NCBI GenBank assembly: GCA_905213875.1
Contig: CAJMJN010000001.1
Span: 59,940-123,939, forward strand
Length of the DNA stretch: 64,000 nt
Source of the DNA: an uncultured Clostridium sp.
GTDB lineage: Bacteria; Bacillota; Clostridia; TANB77; CAG-508
Reading direction: 5' to 3'
Shown here: piece after piece, positions 58,898 through 64,000 of the stretch
How the letters are laid out: each line of letters begins with the position of its first letter
Numbering within the stretch: the stretch's first letter is position 1
Program-made: the position numbers and the translations under genes
The notes under the pieces: model-generated
Database searches by the model: none
Told to the model about the DNA's origin: nothing
What the model saw: only the letters and a program-made list of their open reading frames with translations

Positions 58898-59389
58898 ATG
58901 AATAAAAATGAAGAATTAAAAGAAAAAATCAAAAATATGGAAACAGAAGATTTAATGAAAGCTTTGGTAAATAAAATGGGTTATGAATTTTCAAACGAAA
59001 CTATTATTAGTGAAAAAGCTGATAACTATAATGAAGAAAAAGAAGATTTGTATACAGGTTATTTGCTAGGGTTTGATGAAGTATTTGAAACACATACACA
59101 AGAAAGATTAAAAGAAACACCATTACTTATGGACCTATTTCAAAATTTTATACAAGAATTATACAAGCCAAGTAAATTATATAACATTGCAATAGAAATA
59201 AAAAGTAGAATAAATGAAGAACTAAAAAATACATTAGATGTTGACCAAAGAAAGTTACTTGAACAATGGCAGTTTTGTGAAGATAGAATACTAGATGATA
59301 TGATAGAACAAGCATTTATATATGGTTATGCAATGTCAGCACAGCTAAGATATGAAGCAATAAAGAAATATCCATACAAAAAAGAGTAG
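58898..59389 (+). CDS. Hypothetical protein (island)
   Basis: AGGAGGAG ribosome-binding site. Acidic helical protein. Confidence 0.45.
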   Translation: MNKNEELKEKIKNMETEDLMKALVNKMGYEFSNETIISEKADNYNEEKEDLYTGYLLGFDEVFETHTQERLKETPLLMDLFQNFIQELYKPSKLYNIAIEIKSRINEELKNTLDVDQRKLLEQWQFCEDRILDDMIEQAFIYGYAMSAQLRYEAIKKYPYKKE

Positions 59390-59400
59390 TATTATGTGTG

Positions 59401-59769
59401 CTACTCTTTGGAACTAGAACTATTATTTACAAGAAATTGTAAATAACGGTCAAAACATTTTTGATCTTCATTTGATAATGAATTATATTTATTTAAAATA
59501 TCAGCATTTTTTACATTATTATTTTGAGCAAGATATTTAATTGGTGTAGTAATATCAGTTAATCCTAAAAGATAATCAGTAGAACAGTTAAAATACTGAG
59601 CAATTTTTATTATCATATTAGGTTGAGGGAAAGAACTGCCAACTTCGTAACGAGAAATAAGTTCTTGACTAACATTTAAGTCAATACTTAATTTTAATTG
59701 TGTTATATTTTTGGATTCTCTTAATTTCTTTAGATTTTCTAATTTATCTATAACTTTATTATCGTTCAT
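59401..59769 (-). CDS. XRE family helix-turn-helix regulator (repressor-like) of the island, divergent from the downstream module
   Basis: ITQLKLSIDLNVSQELISRYEVG helix-turn-helix. Confidence 0.65.
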   Translation of the reverse strand: MNDNKVIDKLENLKKLRESKNITQLKLSIDLNVSQELISRYEVGSSFPQPNMIIKIAQYFNCSTDYLLGLTDITTPIKYLAQNNNVKNADILNKYNSLSNEDQKCFDRYLQFLVNNSSSSKE

Positions 59770-59937
59770 AAAACCCCTCCATCAAACTATAAGTATTATA
59801 TTAGTTATTTTTGCCAACGACAGCAAAAACATTAATATTTTCTATGAGTAATACTTGTACAAAATATGAATTAGTGCTATACTGGAAATAAAGTATTATT
59901 TTGTCAAAAAAGACAAAAAAATGAAAGGAGTATAAAT

Positions 59938-61458
59938 ATGGGAAAGTTGGAAAAATTAGAACAACTACAAAAATTAAAAGAAAGTGGTAGCCTAACAGAG
60001 GAAGAATTTAAGCAAGAAAAAGAAAAGCTGTTAAGTGGAGAAAACAAGAAAAGTAAAAAAGTAATTATTATTATTTTGACAGTTGTACTATTAGTTTGCA
60101 TTGTAGGTGGAATATATTATTTTATATCAAATAAATCTGCTGAAACAAGTTCAAGTGGTAACTCAAAAAAAGATGAAAGTGGATTTGAGCAAGCAAGTAA
60201 AAATAAGCAAGCAAGTGAAACAAAAAATTTGAGTTTTAGCAGTATGAGTGCAGATGATGAAGGACTTAGCGACACTCAAAAAGATATAGTTAATTATTTT
60301 GATTACGATTATTTTTCATTTTATAGTAAAGATTTACAAAGGTATCCTCAAATATTTAATAATGCCAAAGTCCAAACAATAGGTGTTGTTGTAAAAGTAT
60401 TAGAGTCTTCAAATGATGAATTCAAAGTTGTAGTTGCCCAAGGTGGTGGAAAAACTATGAGTGGAAGAAGTGAAGATGACTCTCCAAGAATATACGATGA
60501 AGGATTAGGAAGTCAATCAATTGATGACATTGATACAAACATATTATTTGTTTTAAGTGGAAAACAATTAGAAGAAAGATTGTTAAAAGGTGATGTCATA
60601 CAAATGTATGGAAGATATGAAAATGTATCAAATTTCGAAATTGATGGCAAGACATATGAGTTACCACTTGTAAATTCAATTACAACATATAGATTATCTG
60701 ATAACGATGGTAAATTTAAAGAGCAAAAAGTAAAAAATATAGCAGAATATATTTTTTCTAAAGATATAAAATTTTCAAAAATTGGTTCGGGAGTAGAAGG
60801 AACATCTTATAATGTAGTTTTAGATAATCAATCTAATGGAAACTTTAAAGCCTTTATTATGGGTAATGAAGGTGGTCCTATACTTTATGATTCAGATTAC
60901 AATAATCTTAGTTACAATATTACAAAAAAATTATGGGTAGGAGCAGATTTTGAAAATTATTTCGTAACAACATATGATGAAGGAACTAAACATGCATACT
61001 TAGAAGCTTTTAATAAAGATTTGAAAAAAATTTGGCCTTTGGAATTTGATATAAAAGATAATAGTACCTATAGTCAAATGCCAATAGATTTTACAAAATC
61101 TAAAATAGCAATAGTAGTGGATAATGATTTATATATAATTAATGCAGAAACAGGAGAATTTTTAACCAAACCAATACTTGTAGGTAATAAAGTAAAAGTT
61201 AATATAGTAGATGATGGTATAATATTAATAGGAAACTCTAATAAAGATACAATTATGAAAGTATCATTTGACGGAGAAATTTTAGAAAGACAAGATGCAG
61301 ATTCTAGTTTATCTACTATTAATTCAGCATATACCCAAATGATTGATAATAAAATGGTAATATGCTTAGAAGGTGATTCATTAGTAAGAAAATTTATAAT
61401 TATTGATGAAAATGGTCATATAGAATCAAATTCAAAAGATTTGGAATATGGAGAATAA
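59938..61458 (+). CDS. SHOCT-domain membrane protein with a large ectodomain (about 430 aa)
   Basis: N-terminal SHOCT motif LEQLQKLKESGSLTEEEFKQEKEKLL, then a single transmembrane helix, then the ectodomain. Confidence 0.5.
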   Translation: MGKLEKLEQLQKLKESGSLTEEEFKQEKEKLLSGENKKSKKVIIIILTVVLLVCIVGGIYYFISNKSAETSSSGNSKKDESGFEQASKNKQASETKNLSFSSMSADDEGLSDTQKDIVNYFDYDYFSFYSKDLQRYPQIFNNAKVQTIGVVVKVLESSNDEFKVVVAQGGGKTMSGRSEDDSPRIYDEGLGSQSIDDIDTNILFVLSGKQLEERLLKGDVIQMYGRYENVSNFEIDGKTYELPLVNSITTYRLSDNDGKFKEQKVKNIAEYIFSKDIKFSKIGSGVEGTSYNVVLDNQSNGNFKAFIMGNEGGPILYDSDYNNLSYNITKKLWVGADFENYFVTTYDEGTKHAYLEAFNKDLKKIWPLEFDIKDNSTYSQMPIDFTKSKIAIVVDNDLYIINAETGEFLTKPILVGNKVKVNIVDDGIILIGNSNKDTIMKVSFDGEILERQDADSSLSTINSAYTQMIDNKMVICLEGDSLVRKFIIIDENGHIESNSKDLEYGE

Positions 61459-61660
61459 TTAGTAAATAGAAAAAAGTTCGCTTAAAATATTATAAAGCGA
61501 ACTTTTTGACTTGTGAAATTTAAAATATGGTTATAAAATTAAATTGCTACAATACTAAATATTTGTCTGCCATTATTACTAGCCCCTTATTAAATCTAGT
61601 AATACCTACAATACTAAAATGTATTGTAGCATTTATTATATATGAAAAAAAGGAATCAAA

Positions 61661-62479
61661 ATGAAAACAAATTTAGAAATGCTAGATAAGATAGTAAACT
61701 TAAATAACCCAAAGTTACTTATGATTTGTGGAAAAAACGATATTGAAAAAATATTTAATATAAATTTAGTATCAACAATTACTTTAGAGCAACAAAGTCC
61801 AACAGCTATATTCTATAATAAAAAAAATGAAAATTTAGAAGATACTACAAGCATACAGGATAAAATATTATCAAATTATTATCACATAGATATACAAGAA
61901 ATTAGTAATTATAGGTTAGCAGAAAGTTGTAACGTAAGAGAAAATTATAACTGGACACAAAACGAATATGTGTACTTAGATGGTGGAGATCTAAAACTAA
62001 AGATACCCAATAAAGAAAATCAAGATAAATTGAAATATAGATATGAAGAAATAGAAAAGTCAAATTTATATATTAATGCCATAGAAACAACTACATTAGA
62101 AGATTTAAAAACAAAATGCAGAAAGCTAAAACAAAAAAATGATGTAAAATTAATCATTATCAACGATTTAGAAATACTTAAGACTTACAATGTAATAGCT
62201 GTTAAAGAATTAAAACAGCTATCTATTGAACTTGGTATTGTAATAATAGTTAGTTCCCCTATCATATTAAATTTGGAAATACCATTAGAAAAACAGATAA
62301 GAGATACAGAAAAGATAGTAGAAAATAGCGATATAGTTATATATATGAATAAGCCAAATACCAAATTAGAAGAAATAATAAAAATAGTAATAGCAAAGAA
62401 CAATGGTGGAAAAACTGGAATTATTGAAGTCGCATATATTGATAAATACTGTAAGATTTGTAATTTGGCTAAGATATAA
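61661..62479 (+). CDS. DnaB-helicase C-terminal (RecA-fold) domain protein with a degenerate Walker A; lacks the DnaB N-terminal domain
   Basis: The C-terminal 120 aa align to the DnaB C-terminus (LIIINDLEIL...ELGIVIIVSSPIILNLE...DSDIVIYMNKP...IVIAKNNGGKTGIIEVAY). The Walker A position reads LLMICGKND. Confidence 0.5.
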   Translation: MKTNLEMLDKIVNLNNPKLLMICGKNDIEKIFNINLVSTITLEQQSPTAIFYNKKNENLEDTTSIQDKILSNYYHIDIQEISNYRLAESCNVRENYNWTQNEYVYLDGGDLKLKIPNKENQDKLKYRYEEIEKSNLYINAIETTTLEDLKTKCRKLKQKNDVKLIIINDLEILKTYNVIAVKELKQLSIELGIVIIVSSPIILNLEIPLEKQIRDTEKIVENSDIVIYMNKPNTKLEEIIKIVIAKNNGGKTGIIEVAYIDKYCKICNLAKI

Positions 62480-62499
62480 AATAAAAAAGGAGAAACTAA

Positions 62500-63366
62500 A
62501 TGAGTTGTTTTATAACGTGTAGAAGAATTGTCATAGGAAAAACAAAAAAGAAAGCACTAATAACAGTATGTAAAAATTGTAATGATTATGGAATACCACA
62601 TTTTAACTATATTTCAAAAAAATACGAAGTAACATTTAGCCTTTTATCTTCTGAATTCGTAGATACATTCGAAAATATAGAATTAGAAGATAGAACAGAT
62701 ACGGAAGAATTTTTGAATACAATAGTAGATATAACAGATGTGAAAAAAACAAATAGAACAATTAGAAAGTTAAATAAACAATTTTTTAGAAAACAAAAAA
62801 TAAGAAAAATAAAATATGCAAATATATATGAAACTCTAAATGAGGGCAATAAATATTTTGAAGTAGACATTGCAGATATTGAGCCAGATATGACATATTG
62901 GGAATTAATAGTAAAATTATGGAATAAAAATAACGAAGAAAAAACACCAACTAATTTACTAAAGCCATATTACAGAAATTTTATAGAATATATTGACACA
63001 GCAACTTTTGGACTTAAAAAACATTTAAACGGTGGAACGTGTTACACTAAACAAGACCAAGAAAGAACACCACATTTTATTTATAAAGTACCAACAGGAG
63101 AAGAATTTGCAATTTTATTTGAAAAGGCAGAATACTTACAACCAACACCAAGAAAACTAACACAAAAGGAATTAGATGTATTGGTAAAGTTTCTAAATAC
63201 AGAATATAAAATCCAAGAAGAAGTAGAAACTTATTGGCAGTCCGGTGTATGGTTATGGAATAACCAAAATTATGAGTATAACGAATATTCTCCAAAGTGG
63301 TTTCCAAAATATAAGAAAATAGCTGATAATGTGAAAATGCCTGATTATACCAAATTAAATAATTAA
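62500..63366 (+). CDS. Hypothetical protein with an N-terminal C4 zinc ribbon
   Basis: CFITCRR...CKNCNDY motif. AAGGAGAAA ribosome-binding site. Confidence 0.45.
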   Translation: MSCFITCRRIVIGKTKKKALITVCKNCNDYGIPHFNYISKKYEVTFSLLSSEFVDTFENIELEDRTDTEEFLNTIVDITDVKKTNRTIRKLNKQFFRKQKIRKIKYANIYETLNEGNKYFEVDIADIEPDMTYWELIVKLWNKNNEEKTPTNLLKPYYRNFIEYIDTATFGLKKHLNGGTCYTKQDQERTPHFIYKVPTGEEFAILFEKAEYLQPTPRKLTQKELDVLVKFLNTEYKIQEEVETYWQSGVWLWNNQNYEYNEYSPKWFPKYKKIADNVKMPDYTKLNN

Positions 63367-63457
63367 ATGAAAAATTACAGTAATGTAACTTTATTGTTTT
63401 AAAATAAAAACACGTTAAAATTGATTTTGGTACGTTGAAAAGTATTGAAAATCCATA

Positions 63458-64000
63458 TTAAGTATTGATTTTTATTTCATTTTTATATTTATAATATGTG
63501 TTACGTGAAATCCCTATTAATTTCAAACACTCTACATCAGACAAAACACCATTGAAGTCCTTAGAATATTTCTTGATTAAAGATTTAGATTCTAAGGATT
63601 TTTTTGTAGTTAATTTTGCCCCTTTAGGAGTTCCAATCCTTTTTCCAGCTAGTTTTGCAGTTTCTATTCCTTCACTGGTACGAATATGTAAATCTTCAAG
63701 TTCTTTTTGTGCTTGTTCAAAAACTTTACGAATTTGTTCTTTGGCTAAGGCTATTGTGTAATCATTTAATGCTTGAATAATAGCATTTATAAATTTATCA
63801 GTAGCTTGGTTTCCTGTTTGCACTTGAAGTTTTATTTGATTATCTAAAGCATTTTTAAAGACTTCCGTATTTATTTGTGGCTCTTTTAAAAATTCAATAC
63901 TAACATTATGCTTAAATAAATCTTCGTATAAATTACAACCACCCTCACTATTCCTGCTCATTCTACTAGCACTATCAAATACCAACTTATACTTTTTATT
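63458..64000 (-). CDS. Serine recombinase (resolvase/invertase family), partial; N-terminus lies beyond the window end
   Basis: The frame stays open to nt 64000. LVFDSASRMSRN resolvase catalytic-domain motif. C-terminal helix-turn-helix ISRNTYYKY. Confidence 0.7.
   Translation of the reverse strand, partial: NKKYKLVFDSASRMSRNSEGGCNLYEDLFKHNVSIEFLKEPQINTEVFKNALDNQIKLQVQTGNQATDKFINAIIQALNDYTIALAKEQIRKVFEQAQKELEDLHIRTSEGIETAKLAGKRIGTPKGAKLTTKKSLESKSLIKKYSKDFNGVLSDVECLKLIGISRNTYYKYKNEIKINT

Overview
Chromosomal segment from a low-GC (about 27-28% GC) Firmicute, most likely a Clostridium. From the left end it contains: a 5'-truncated cell-wall-anchored adhesin with Cna B-type repeats; a TetR / MMPL transporter / secreted YhgE-Pip-like repeat protein locus; spoIIE; a WG-repeat protein; acpS; tatD; an Rpn-type nuclease; ogg; a YitT-family membrane protein; the rnc / radical-SAM pair; a glucosaminidase; and a second YhgE-Pip membrane protein with its own TetR. 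A roughly 3-kb islet follows, flanked by a 15-bp direct repeat that matches the 3' end of an adjacent tRNA-Cys. The islet carries a candidate type I toxin-antitoxin pair, a eukaryotic-like Ser/Thr kinase and a frameshifted YcxB-like gene. Then come tRNA-Gly, topA, a housekeeping block (M48/DUF45 peptidase, dinB, an SDR gene, mnmA, the sufCBDSU operon with an Rrf2 regulator, tmk-like, a dGTPase, yraN, dprA and a frameshifted comM/yifB), and an unusual two-component locus. That locus pairs a Spo0A_C-domain response regulator with an AgrC-like GHKL kinase and has a Trp-rich 15-codon micro-ORF plus a terminator between them. After trxA comes tRNA-fMet, followed by an 8-kb mobile-element-like island running to the window edge. 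The island has DUF3846 and DUF4314 proteins, a papain-like protein, Zn-ribbon proteins, an XRE repressor, a SHOCT membrane protein, a degenerate DnaB-C-like protein and a partial serine recombinase. Several inverted-repeat intergenic elements were found, including a roughly 170-bp MITE-like family in three copies, one of them inside the suf operon. No CRISPR array, rRNA gene or insertion-sequence element was seen.
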